From Paragordius varius (taxonomy: Eukaryota; Animalia; Nematomorpha): a stretch of DNA of 64,000 nt. The first letter of the stretch is position 1. Every line of letters begins with the position of its first letter. The notes beneath the pieces were generated by a model. It ran no database searches and was not told the DNA's origin. It saw nothing but the letters and a program-made list of their open reading frames with translations. Positions 14,201 to 26,800 of this stretch are shown here, piece by piece. Location: positions 11,160,001 to 11,224,000 of the forward strand of contig OZ176054.1 of assembly GCA_964247055.1 (NCBI GenBank), written 5' to 3'. A program made the translations under genes and the position numbers.

Positions 14201-16022
14201 ATGACCAGCGAATTCATTTGCCGCAAAAAATTTAATTTGTTGACGACCTAATTTTTGAAATATTGAGAGAAAATCGAAATCGGTCAAAAAGTGAAAATTA
14301 GGGATAATTAAGGATAATTTAAAAAACAATAATACAAGTTGAGATAATATGGTATATTATTATTTTAGGAGATATTTTCTATATATAAATAGACTAAAAT
14401 CATATAGTTGGGGTCCCTATAACATCTCAATTCTAAAGATGGCGCTTTTCTTTTATCACACTTTAAAAACAAAAAAAATTTTATTTAACTATTTTAAAAT
14501 AATATTATTTACTAGAAGACTCTCTATTATAATCTAAACACTCATAGTTTATTCAGTAAAAAAACACATATATATCAAAACAAAACTAAAAATATTGTTT
14601 TTTATTTTTTCATTATTTTTTCATCTAATTTATAACTGTATAATACTGTTTTATTAGCAGTCTTACATGAGTGGGAATAATAAAGTATATAATTTATGCC
14701 AAAAAGAATTTAAAAGTAGTGGAACAACCAACAATCCGTGTAAATCCCTGTAATAGGTTGGTTTTAACCAATTAGTATTTTTACTGGGATATGTACGGAT
14801 TTTTGATTCATTACTTAAAAATTTATTTTAAATTAATACACTTTATAATTCCCGCTCATAAGAAATTCCAAAATAAAACAGGAAAATTATAATGTCATAA
14901 ACCAGATGACAAAAAAATGAAAATATTTTGATATATAAGTTTTTTTATTAATATATGTTAAGATTTTAATAGTGAGTTTAGCTAGTTAATGATAAAAAAA
15001 ATTATAATTATATAGTTTCATATAAAATATTGTATTTTAAGTGTGATAAAAGAAAAACGCTATTTTTGAACTGTTTTATAGCTAACTATATGATCTTAGG
15101 CTATTTATATATTGAACATATCTCCTAAAATGATAACAATATCTCAACTTTAATAATTATTTTTTATTTATTCCTCATTTTTCATTTTTACTTTTTGCTC
15201 GATTTTGATTTTCTCTCAATATTTCATAGGTCGTAAACAAATAAAAAAACGGAATATGAATACGCTGGTGTTAAGCTATCTGAAAAAAAATTATTTTGTT
15301 AAATATTTTTTTGCACACAGTGATATATATATTATATTGCCTCAAACCCATCGGTTTCAGCAACGCATAGACAAACATTTTGGTGACCAATGAAAAAATG
15401 TTAAGGAATTTTGTATTATGTCACCCATTTTATGTAATTTTATTAAAAATAATCAAGCCTACCATTAAAGCAGAAAAGCATATTCTGACCACTTTCTATT
15501 GATATACTGTTATTTTAGCCGATTCAAACTAATCCAAAAAATAGCTTTCGGACTATTAAGTCTGCAAAATCTATGGTTAATTTCCATTAATATAATATCA
15601 ATACTCCCATTTCTGAATAATAATGCAGATAAATTAAAATTAAATTATATTAATATATTTAAAAGTCTCTATTTTCTTATTTAACTAAAGAGTAACGACT
15701 TAGATTGTGTTAAAAATTCATAAAATCCTTAACTCTCGCTTGCCCTAAGTTGATAGCGATGATGGATCATATTTTCAGTTTCGATTTATTTTAACTTTGA
15801 CATATTTTACGATTTCAATGCCTCAGTTCCTTCTATATAAATATTTTACCTGTTGAAGTAATTGTTTAACATATTTCATTCTATTCAATCTATCGTAATC
15901 TAGCCATTTGAGTAGCAAATCAAAAACCTCAAATTCACTGCACACGTTTAAGGCATCGTGGCCAAGCAGTGCGTATATAAAATCGAAATTGCAATGCACG
16001 AATTGACGTTCAGACAATCCTC
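5221..16022 (-). CDS. BACK-domain (BTB/kelch-associated) protein, 3' portion; exons 16022-15850, 12345-12236, 12169-12091, 6249-5221; 5' exons unresolved (probably 16.1-19.3 kb)
   Basis: The spliced frame reads ...LLGHDALNVCSEFEVFDLLLKWLDYDRLNRMKYVKQLLQQ|VRFCHMTPKQLL...KANW|EMICLD...RRKIE|AYGRTNSNY..., matching the BACK consensus (L.V.SE.EVF...W...D...R...LL..VRF). All junctions are GT-AG and phase-compatible. The last exon is 1029 nt and open to the stop at 5221; no kelch repeats are seen in it. Confidence 0.8.
6862..7231 (+). repeat. 5' LTR of gypsy element 1
   Basis: Direct repeat of 11107-11492; TG...TA termini; internal ~46-bp tandem duplication at its start. Confidence 0.95.
7234..7243 (+). 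promoter_or_regulatory. Primer-binding site TGGCGACGAG
   Basis: Lies 2 nt after the 5' LTR and is complementary to a tRNA 3' end CTCGTCG-CCA, as in animal tRNA-Ser(GCU). Confidence 0.85.
7383..8267 (+). pseudogene. Gag (double Zn-knuckle) plus aspartic protease of gypsy element 1
   Basis: CRNCGSLHVRNKCPAWGKTCYNCNKNNHFSSMC double knuckle and FDTGAD protease motif; 5' frame disrupted. Confidence 0.9.
8309..11094 (+). pseudogene. Pol (RT, RNase H, integrase) of gypsy element 1, fragmented
   Basis: RT motifs RICADFR, LDLKDAYLQ, RLPFG and YLDD; RNase H motifs ETNAS, YSTIEREA and TDHKPL; IN motifs HTGHLG, C..CQ, WERIHID, VSDNA and HPRTNGLVER. Confidence 0.93.
11107..11492 (+). repeat. 3' LTR of gypsy element 1, preceded by PPT AAAGGTGGGAGA
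   Basis: Near-identical to 6862-7231 with several small indels; followed by TSD AGACA. Confidence 0.95.
12770..13890 (+). mobile_element. Degenerate mariner transposon (intronic)
   Basis: GDEK motif, SPDLAPSDSYFF (13655-13690), C-terminal DRWAKCVEAD and TIR-like end at 13863-13890. Similar to the 1-920 copy. Confidence 0.85.
14137..15322. mobile_element. Non-autonomous DNA element with ~200-bp TIRs (family B, CACTGTG-type ends, Tc1-like)
   Basis: The ends are inverted repeats of each other (GACGACCTA...AAATCGG..AAAAAGTGAAA / TTTTGCACACAGTG); homologous to 34847-35986 and 45704-46445. Confidence 0.75.
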
Positions 16023-16689
16023 CTGCCATAGAAAGCGAAGGTTGATTACGCAACATTTATTAAGCACAAAACAAACAAAAAATTAATTTTGATTGTTATT
16101 ATCAATAAATTTATAAAATCACCCTAAAAAAGGTTAGTTTATAAAAAAATTAGTTATCCTTATCAAGAAGGAATTTCCATGCGATCTAACTTTAATTAAA
16201 AATATGGACATCGTATTTATCAAAAGTAAATGATACCACCGACATTATTGAAAACATCAGATTAAATTAGATTACAAAGAGAAACAATATGAGTATATAT
16301 TTCTAGATTTTCATTAATTATTAATGCCAGATAGCATATAAAGCCAAGGGAACCATTTTGGTCTATAGTTAATTTTTTCTCATCGAATCTAACAATAAAA
16401 AGTACGTAATTTTATCGCATATAACATTTTACTATAAATGTTTTTTGGCATCGTCGAATTATAAAAAAAGTTTTTATCATATCTAAAAGTTTTGTTTTCT
16501 ACCATTCTTCAAAATACGATAAAAATTATGTCAACAATATTTTGTACTAAATTAATTTAAAATATCCATTTTTAGGAAAAAAATTTTAATGTCGTAAATT
16601 AGCATATAATTCATATCGGTCAATCTCGGCATTTAGCGTTTTAAGTTGCTAATTTCTTAAGATTTCCCTTTTTATATATAAAATTTATA

Positions 16690-16974
16690 TACCATTTACA
16701 CTTCATATTCACCCTTAAACGATCCAAATTCACCCTTGAACAATTCAAATTCACCCTAAATTTAATTACGTGTTTTTTAAGATTAAAAATAAGCTTTATA
16801 TTTTAAAAAATAATATTTTGTTTAAAATTAAGATAATATTGGAATAATAAAGTAAGCAATAACCATAAATTTTATATTAATAATGATTTTTATTATCCCG
16901 AAAACACATTTTATTTTAGGGTGAATAATTGAAGGGTTAATTTAAATTGGGGTGGATTTGAATTGTAAACGGTA
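16690..16974. mobile_element. MITE family A
   Basis: TACCATTTAC...GTAAACGGTA termini with subterminal 21-bp units. Confidence 0.8.
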
Positions 16975-17489
16975 TATTATATTTTAATGTTATTTTATGT
17001 GCAGCATTTTTCACAAAAAAATTGAATATGCTCAATTTTTATATGGAACAATTACACAAAAGTGATAATAACTTTTCTAAATGACTGTTAAAGCGTAAAA
17101 TTAAAAGATGGAAATCTTGATGCATTTATCTATCAGATATTTCAGAGTTGTTTTTCCTCTGATTTTGTGATCCGTCCATATTCATTCGATAATTTTTTTG
17201 GCAGTATGTAATATGATTTTTAAAACTGTGTTAAATACAAAGCGCACACAAATAATTTTCTGTTGAAATATATGTAGATTCTGATAGATAACTGGATGAG
17301 GATTCTAATGGTGCTTTTGTTTTTGGTCGTAAGAGTGATATATAAAGATTAAACCACCTATATGGTAGCTCCGCATCAGTTATTGGCAAAATTTGTGTGT
17401 ATTTCACTTAATAAAGATTTGGTGAAAGCTAAATACTTCTTTATTCCAAATAATATTTTTATAAAATCAAACAATATTTCAAAATTAAT

Positions 17490-18114
17490 ATTTAGATGTA
17501 GGCTCCAAGAGTCTCAAATTTTTGGTCTCCTCTAAAACGAGGCCTTGTTAATTTAAATAACGCAAAAAGGTTGAGGTTACATGATGATTGTGGCACCAAA
17601 AATAATATTCAATTAGCGTAATTTGTTTAAAAAATTTAATTTTTAGCGAAATTTTGTTGAAGCGTATTTCAAGCACTTTATAAAGAATTGTGTTAACAAT
17701 GGTAAAAAAATACTATAAGTAAAAATACTTATTTCATATGTAAAATTTGATGATGCTATTTATATCAATTAGATTTTTAATTTATTGTGTTTAAAAAATT
17801 TTATATAATTTTTTATTGAACACAACTTATAATAACAGAAATTCGAAGGCAAATTTTTTAAAAAGTATCGAGAGGAATAGAAATGTTCAGAAGCCTTATT
17901 TATTATGGAAAAAGGTATCAAGAATGCTTTTGAATCCAGAAAAATCTTCACAAAATGTTATGAATTAAATTTTTAAAACCCATTTTTCGGGAATTTTTTT
18001 ATATCAATATTTAGCATATAAATTTTTTGGGAAAGTCTCGTAATTTTGTGTTTATATAAGAACTAGCCAATTTTAGACGGCCACGGAAATTTTCATTCGA
18101 GCTCACATCTAAAA
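17490..18114. mobile_element. MITE family C (~600 bp, TTTAGATGTGAGCTC-type TIR)
   Basis: TTTAGATGTAGGCTCC at the left end and GAGCTCACATCTAAAA at the right; homologous to 39157-39710, 57620-58026 and 60065-60653. Confidence 0.7.
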
Positions 18115-19362
18115 ATTAAAGTTTGAATAGCTGTTTAATTAACATTTAATAATTTGAGGTAGTTTAAAACCACAGAGCCATTCAAATTAATAATATAAAA
18201 GATAGTTTTATTGCGCCACATATATTAATATACTTTCTTTAGTTAAGACACATGCCAGAAAAATAAATAGTAATATTGAGAAACAATCTCATCTCAAACA
18301 GGCCGTTTATTTTCTTTAAGTTCTTAACAATCTAATACCTTTTGTGTTAATTTTATATCTCAAAGCGATTTGAAGAATATCATAAAAAGTTTAGATTTAA
18401 GCCAAATTTTAAAATATGCTTTGTTTAGTAGGCGCATTATGCAAAAATATTATTTTAAAAAAATAAAATAAAAATTGCTCATCTAACTTTATTGCTTCCA
18501 TTTTTGTTCTATAAACATTGTAACGCTATTGCAAGAAGCAAATAAGTGTATGATATGGTTACATAATTAAATTTAATCATTCAGGCTACATTTTACCAGC
18601 AAAATTTGATATATTTTGAATTTATACCCGTTTGTTTCACTTGTGTAGAGCTGTCCCAATTTTAGAAGTCACAAAACTGTAAAAAATCTACCTTTAATTC
18701 AAATTGGTGTATTTAAATACCACTGACAATATTTAAGTTGGTATTTTAAAAAACTTCTGAAAGAAACGGCAAATATTATTAATATTTTTATCCTAATAAA
18801 AAATATAAATAGACCAAGACAAATAAATAAAATTTAGTTTTGAAAAAAAAATCTGTATCAAACTACTTGCACGCCATTACCACAACATTTTTGCAAAATA
18901 TCGGATTTTATCCGAGGCCAAAATTAAATTTACTTTCTGAATGAACAGAAAAGTGGTATCAGTTGCATTTTTTATTTAGCCACATGTCATGTGGGCTAAA
19001 TTACCTTTGGGTTTCATAATAAATATCAATGGTTTATTAATGTTATATGAATGCAAATATATGCGCTAAAAGGCTTAGAATAAATATTTTCCCGAATATT
19101 AGATATAATATGATTATCGGAGTTAAAATATCTCCATCGAATAAATTTTTGATATATGATATCAGAGTCTATTATTGAATAATGTCGTATTAAACGATAT
19201 TTAAAAAAATACAATTTTTTAAAACCGATTTAATTTCAATTTTTTACATGATCCCTGCAATATATTCCCCAATTTTATTTGCATCCTGGATCTAATTTCT
19301 AACAAATCGATTGTTGCACTTTCTTTTGTTAAAATTTACGTAAACAGTTTTCACGTTGTATA

Positions 19363-20800
19363 ATGGTCATTGAAATTGAGGATAAAGAAACAAAATCTAA
19401 GGAAATTATGAAAAACGATACATATAATCACGTAAAAACGGATTTAGTTGGAAAAACAATAATCAAAGCTCATTTGGGTGATGACATAAAAAAGTTTTCG
19501 TTGCACAATGATGATTTGACATACGATGAACTAATTTTGATCACACAGCGAATATTTAAAGTTAAAATTAATAAGAATGATGAAATAATTTTGAAGTACA
19601 AAGATGAAGGTATTAAACCGTTTAATTACTTTAGATGGTGATTTTATAACATTATCTGATGATTCGGAACTTAATACTGCCTTAGAATCTAATTCCACAT
19701 TGAATTTGCTAATAAATTGTAAATTACCTTTATATGTAATATTGTAGTGGCTAATAAAGAATTAAAATTGGAAACCTCTGAGTTGAAAATCGTGCGAAAA
19801 GAACTTCAGTTATTGCGTGACAAAATTACTCATTTACTTGACAGTATTGAATTGAAAGATTTCGAAACTCTTAAATCATCCCAAAGTATTCCTACTTATT
19901 TTATTTTGAATACAATTTTTTCGCATGATAATAAATTAAGAAAAACTAATTTAAGTATTAAAAAATGACATTATATATATGATTATATAATATAAAAAAG
20001 CCAGTTTTTTTATGAGAATATTCTATTGATAACTATCACCTATGAAGAAACTTCTTTATTTAAGCTTTAATAGTTAAATATCGAGCTAGAATTTTAAAAT
20101 TACATGTTATATAATTGAATGTTCAAACTTCATTTGTATAAAAAGCGTAGAACCGTTCTTAAACATTTGCAATTTAAATTATTGAATTTTTCAGACGGTA
20201 TAAAAATGTAAAGAATATAATAAATATATATATTTAATTTGTTACGGAAAGTATCGTTCATTGCCCACTGCATATTAAACGTAATTCATAAAGTTATAAA
20301 ACACTATTTTTTCACCCTAATAATCTATACAAAATTAATCCTCTGTACACAAAAGTTTTAAATATAATTTTATTGTAAATAGGCGTTTTAGGGAGCTGTT
20401 CCTAAAATTCTAAAGGCGTAATGCTTATTGCCTATAAATCATATTGCATAAAAGGTGACAAAACTTTCACCCGTAAAAATGCTCTATCTCAAAATTAGTT
20501 GTCCACGAGTTTTTTATAGTTTTATTTTCCGTATAGATAATGTTTGTCCCACCTCAGCCCCTATTACATCATCAATTATATCCAATCCTAGTATGACGCA
20601 ACAAAAAATTGTTTCTTCAAGTGCAGCCAGTATGCCTCCGCAAATAACGCCCAGTTTTCAGCAAACTCACTTGATACCACCTTATCAGGTATTTTATTTT
20701 CGAGTTCAAACAAAGGATTAAAAAGAAAATAAGAATAAGTTGGTCAGTTTTGGATCTTAAAATGTTCTCCAAGTTAATTTAATCTTTATTTGTGCTCATA

Positions 20801-20876
<76 letters not shown>

Positions 20877-23800
20877 CGCTTGGAACCGGAACCGCGTTAG
20901 TTCGTTAAAAATTTAGCGGTTCCAGAATTGGTTGGTTTTTTGCATTTTGAAATCAGTTTCATTTTCGGTTCCTGACTTTTGATTAAATGATTTTCTTTTA
21001 AAATATTTATAATAATTCTTGGCTTCCAAGTGTCTCTCACGAATATCAATGTTCTTTAGGTGATTTTGTTTAATTATAATTAAGCGCTTTCATTACACTA
21101 GACAACAAATTTTGACTTTTTTGTAAAGTGCCATTCTTGTAAATTTAAATTTTTTTCATAAAAATACATAGTGTATCCGAAAAACAAAATTGTAACGCCA
21201 AAGAATTTTCTTTCATTAGGGTTTATCAATTATTTTTGGCCCCGATTTAACATTAAACTCTAAATTTTAAATTTATAAATATTAGGGTTACATTTGCGTA
21301 AAATTTAAAATAATCTTTGAAAAAGCTTTTGGTAAGCTTTTTTAATAAAAATTATTTTTATCAAAATATTTTACCTACTGGATATCAAAATGCACAGTAA
21401 CTGTAAATTTATTACCAATCGTTAAAAAGATCAAAACTACCCATATTGTTTTTGGCTTTGTTTTGAAATTAAAAGTTTATAAAAATTAAATAAGTATTGA
21501 TAAAATAGTAATTTTAAAAATCAAAAAACTTAAAAATGGCTGTTTTGAATGACATAAAAGCGATAAATAACTGTTTTCACTATGGAAATTAAGAAAACAC
21601 TAGTTACACCTATAAACCCTAGTTTAAAGTCTTTCATTCATTGCCATCAAGACAAAGTTTGAGCTATTTTCATCTATTAGCTTTAAAAATATAAAACGTT
21701 TTCGCTTCCTGCGTTTGTCGCTTCCTATGTCCAATTATTATCGATGTAAAACATATAAGTTTGCATTTTATAGAGTTTTTACTCCTTCGAATGATATATT
21801 ATAAATGGGAATTTGTTTCATATTTTCAAAGAAAAACATTTTTTAGTCAAATTTTGATGAAGCACAATCAAAAATAAATTACACCATATTGGTGAAATCA
21901 TAATTTTTATTTCAGATATTTACTGTTAAAATGACAGTAAATGTCCGAAAATGCAAAAATCTTGAGCGCCAGAAAAATTTGTTGTCTAGTATTATTAGTC
22001 CAATAATCCATCTTTATTCCTGAATCCTTTAAAATGGATAAATGTCCACAATTTATCGTAACATTAAAGCATCATTCAACATCCCAATTGGGTACGAAAA
22101 AGTTATAATTTGGTTTGTGAAGTATTTTTGTATTCTAATTTTTGTTCTGAATTCCAAGCCCTGATATATCTATTATGATTGAAAAATAACAATTTAATTT
22201 TTGAATTAGCTAGGGGAAATATTAAATAAAAATTATTTTTCAATTTTTTAAACCATATAATTAATGTTAAAATCTACAATTTTTTTACATAACTATTAAT
22301 TGAATACCATTTTTTATATTTTGTATGATAAAAAAATCATATCGGCTAATTTTAAACCGAGTGAAAGTTACGGTTAAATTGAGGTCAGGCTCAAAAATCT
22401 AATATTACAGTCATTCTTTTTCGTTTGATACATTTTTTAACCATAAATATATATAGATTTTGCTAATTTTTTAACAGACTGGAATTGGTTGTTGCATTTC
22501 AATTTTTTCATGTTTTTGAAAAATAAATTTTAAAGTATATTAATTACAATCCATCAATGTTTGATGAACATAAATTTTGAAAGAATATATTTTTTGTGCC
22601 TGGCAAAGTAGTAGTTTTAATTGATATATTTCATTGTTTTAATGGCAAATGCTTTTTTTGCATTTTGTATATCGAACGACAAATAAGTTGAATATAAAAC
22701 TTTAAAAATTGATTATTCTATATATTATAATCCTAATATAGGCGCCCCCAATTTCTTCGATGGGAAACACATCTGGTGGCGGTATGGGTTCTATTCGACC
22801 AACTCCATCTCCTACACCTCCGCTCTCAAGTATAATTAGTTTTTATCTTTTAAATTTGAATAAAGACATCAAAATTTATCAAACCACTAATAGTTTTTTC
22901 TAAGGAATATATAAAAAAATATATAAAACTTTTGCTATGTATGAGAAATTTTCATTTTGCATACTTATCTTCCATTAAATATTTTAAAAATTGTATATAT
23001 ATATACCATTTAGAGTTTAAATTCACCCTTAAACAATTTATATTTACCCTAAAAATAAATTATGTCTTTTCGAACTAATATAACTTCATTATTTATATGA
23101 AATATATCTTTATGGCATAGATTATTATTTTTTCAGTATTATTTTAATTTAAAACAGAAAAATATAGGTAATTTTTTATCTTAACATATTTTAGGGTGAA
23201 TTTAACTTGTTCAAGGGTTTGTTTAAGGGTGAATTTGGATTGTAAATGGTATATAAATTAGATCAAAACATAATACAATAATACTTGCAGTTATTCTTTC
23301 AAACACTTATAAACCCACACAAATTAACTAAACATTAAAAAATTTATCTTTTCTTGTTTTGCATTTTTAGGTCACGTTATGTCGGCACCATCTACTCATT
23401 CTAATGTTAGTAATTTTGCTGGTACTAATCAATCTTTACACGCAACAACCCAATCGGCAGCTTTGGGGCAAAATTTTGGCAATTATCCTACTAATGTGAG
23501 CAATGTAGGAACTAATCTAGGAGGTAATACAGGGAAATTATGAAATTATATGGCACAGATAAAAAGTGGAAAAATTAAAATACAAATTTTATTTTTTGAA
23601 AAAACTTATTTTGAATATAATCCACTGTTTAGGGTTCCAAAATAAGGAATACACATATAAATTGTTTACACACTTAAAATATGTATGCTGTTATACATAC
23701 AGAATTACATAAACGTGAAAAAAGCCAAGTAAAATTATTTTTCCATAATCATAATATTTTATATATAATTGGTTGTTTTGGGATGCTTAAGGAATAGAGA

Positions 23801-26800
23801 TGTTAATTATATACATTCAATCGTATATGTTGAAAAATTGGAATTACATTGAAAAATTGAAAAAATTATATACCACAGACAAAACGTAAAAATTGGACGA
23901 TTTTCAAAAATATTAATCCTTGATATACCATTTGCACTTCAAGAGTGTCCTTGAACACTTCAAGTTGGTCCTTGAACAGTTCAAGTTGGTCCTTGAACAA
24001 TTTAAGTTGGTCATTGAATAGTTCAAGTTGGTCCTTGAACATTTCAAGTTGGTCCTTCAAATTTATAAATTTTGATTTAACCATAATTTTTGCATTTATT
24101 TTTTTATTTTATTATTTATTAACCTAATTTTCTTTATTTATTATATATTTATTCATTTAAAAATAAAATTTTCTATTGAAAAACCACTTTTTTGTTTCTA
24201 TTTTTTTTAAATTGAACAAAATTATTGACTTTTAAATATTTTTAATAAAAATTTTAATTAATAACCCAGAAAATTTATATATTTTGTTAAAATCTTATAA
24301 ATTTAACAAATTAATAAACATATACGGTTTCTTAAAGATTAAAAGTTGATATCGATTTAAAATCTATGTTAAATAATAGAAATATAGGTTAAAAACAATA
24401 AAATAGATGAATTATTTACGATTTGATTGATAAAAGTTATAAACTAAACAAAAAAGTCAAAGGACCAACTTGAAGTGTTCAAGGACACTCTTGAAGTGCA
24501 AATGGTATATATATATAAATTTACTCATCATTTTTATGTTGCGAAATACGAATAAAAATGAAATTAATTTAAATCATACTATATTTCAAAATGTCCAGTA
24601 AAAATTTAAATTATGTAAACGTAAAAAAAGCTAGCTAAAAGACAATTTTTTTCAAAAAAAGATCACCATTTAAAACTTGATTGTTTTAATAACATAATGG
24701 AATAATAAAGTAGCTTCACACACACACTCAATTTTATATGCTTCCTAGTCACAATTATGTAATCTATGTAGCGAAAAAATCATGACTTGATTTATTCCGG
24801 TCGATTTTAGGGAAAAAATACTTGTCTTTTTAATTGTTACTGTAATATTTATCCAAATTTAGCGACGAGTTTTGGACATCCGCAACAAGCTGGACCGCCC
24901 CCTCAAATGGCTACAGTATCTACATCAATGAATGCCCATGGCGGTCCGTTTGGACTAAAACACTCTCAACCACCAGCCGCCATGCCTACTTCTTACAGTT
25001 CTATGGTATTGTTTTGGTTTTTTTGGCTTTTATAAAAAATATTTTTAGTATAAAATTAATTAGTCAGTTTTTTTTATAAAATGTTGATGTGAGTGATTAT
25101 CTCATCTCTAATTAAAATTTTTAGAAAGGTATACCATTCTTGATCAATAAAAATTTACCCTTAAAATAAAATAAGTTTTCGGGCTAATATAACTCATCAT
25201 CAATGTGAACAATTTTTACCTTGTAGCATAGTATATTTTTGTGTCACTATTATGTTGTTTTAGATGAAATTACGTTTTGATTATAAAAATATGGGTAATT
25301 TTTAATATACGTGCCGCAAAACACATCATTGGTGAATTTGAGCTGTAAATGGTATAACAAATATTCGTGTATATAATATTCAATGACAGACAAACGTTTT
25401 TTACCATATTAATCAAAAACATTTTTTTCACACATTATTGTTTTAGAGTGTTTTGGGTAGCAACAGTGGGGTCGGAGGACCCCCGAGAATGGGTTACGGT
25501 GGTTTAGGTGGGATGAATTCATATCAGCAACCTCAACCAAATCAAAGCCTAGGCCCAGCAGAAATAAGACCTCCTACCCAATCGATGCAAAATATGATGG
25601 GTATGTCATCTTACGCTCCTCACCAGATGACACCATCTTATCCACAATCCTCCTCGTACATGGTATGGTATATTTGTGTTTGTATGATTGATTAATTATT
25701 TCTTTGGTTGGATAACCTCTTTATTAATTAAATAATTGAAGCGAAGCGTTTTTTGCCAGCAAATTGAAAAGAAATTTTTTTTTAAGACAACTTGAAAAAT
25801 GTTTGGTTCGATAAAAAACACACTCACTCAATTTAGGTGTTAAGTTATACGACTTTTTTCTCAGTTAATTGATACATTTTTCCGGTCAATAGAATCATTT
25901 GTATGGTATATTTATGTTTGTATGATTGATTAATTATCTCTTTATTAATTAATTGAAGCGAAGCGTTTTTTTGCCAGCAAATTGAAAAGAAAGTACAATT
26001 TGAAGACAACTTGAAAAATGTTTGGTTCGATTGAAAACACACTCACTCAATTTAGGTGTTAAGTTATACGACTTTTTTCTCAGTTAATTGATAACGGTCA
26101 ATATCATATGTATAGTATGTGTTTGTATGATTGATTAATTATCTCTTTGGTTGGATAACCTCTTTATTATTAATTAATTGAAGCGAAGCGTTTTTTGCCA
26201 GCAAATTAAAAAGAAAGTTTTTTTGAAGATAATTTGAAAAATGTTTGGTCCGATTAAAAACACTCAATCTAGGTGTTAAGTTATTTGACTTTTTTCTCAG
26301 TTAATTGAACATTTTCCGGTCAATAGAATCGTTAGTTCTTGAGAAAAAAGTTTCCCAGTCAATCGGAATTCATTCATTTGAAATTTTTTACGAATTAAAA
26401 TACTTTTTTAATTAATAATTTCTTTCAACCAATTAAAACGTTTCAGAAATCTTAAAGTCAGAACATTATTACTCAATATAAGTCTTTTTTGCTAGATGGA
26501 AATGTTTTCCCGGTTGAAATGTATTTCCAGATAATTGCAGCGTTTTTTCAGAAGCGTGCCCCTCAATCGAAATAAATGATCGTTTTAATTGACACAATTT
26601 TATAAGGATAATAGGGAGAACATCGGTTTCTTTATTAATTTCAGTGTATATATAACATGTTTCCTAAATATACTTATCTTTTTGCGGTTTTTAGATTGCA
26701 ATTTTTACCGTTTATACATGTTTCTATTTCTTGCTTCATTAACTCCCTAAAAATTTTAACAGTAAATTAAAAGAATAGGAACTATTCATCAAAAAAATAA

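Noticed and set aside
17150-19214. Candidate 5' exons of the BACK gene (e.g. VKYTQILPITDAELPY near 17360-17410; ORF 19026-19214)
   Set aside because: Could not be joined in compatible phase, and no BTB motif was recognised.
23926-24075. 21-bp tandem arrays (also 41807-41940) resembling a CRISPR array or a heptad coding repeat (ORFs 23866-24084, 23945-24127, 41723-41980)
   Set aside because: There are no unique spacers; the arrays are mirrored TIR modules of a MITE and the ORFs are by-products of a 3n repeat.
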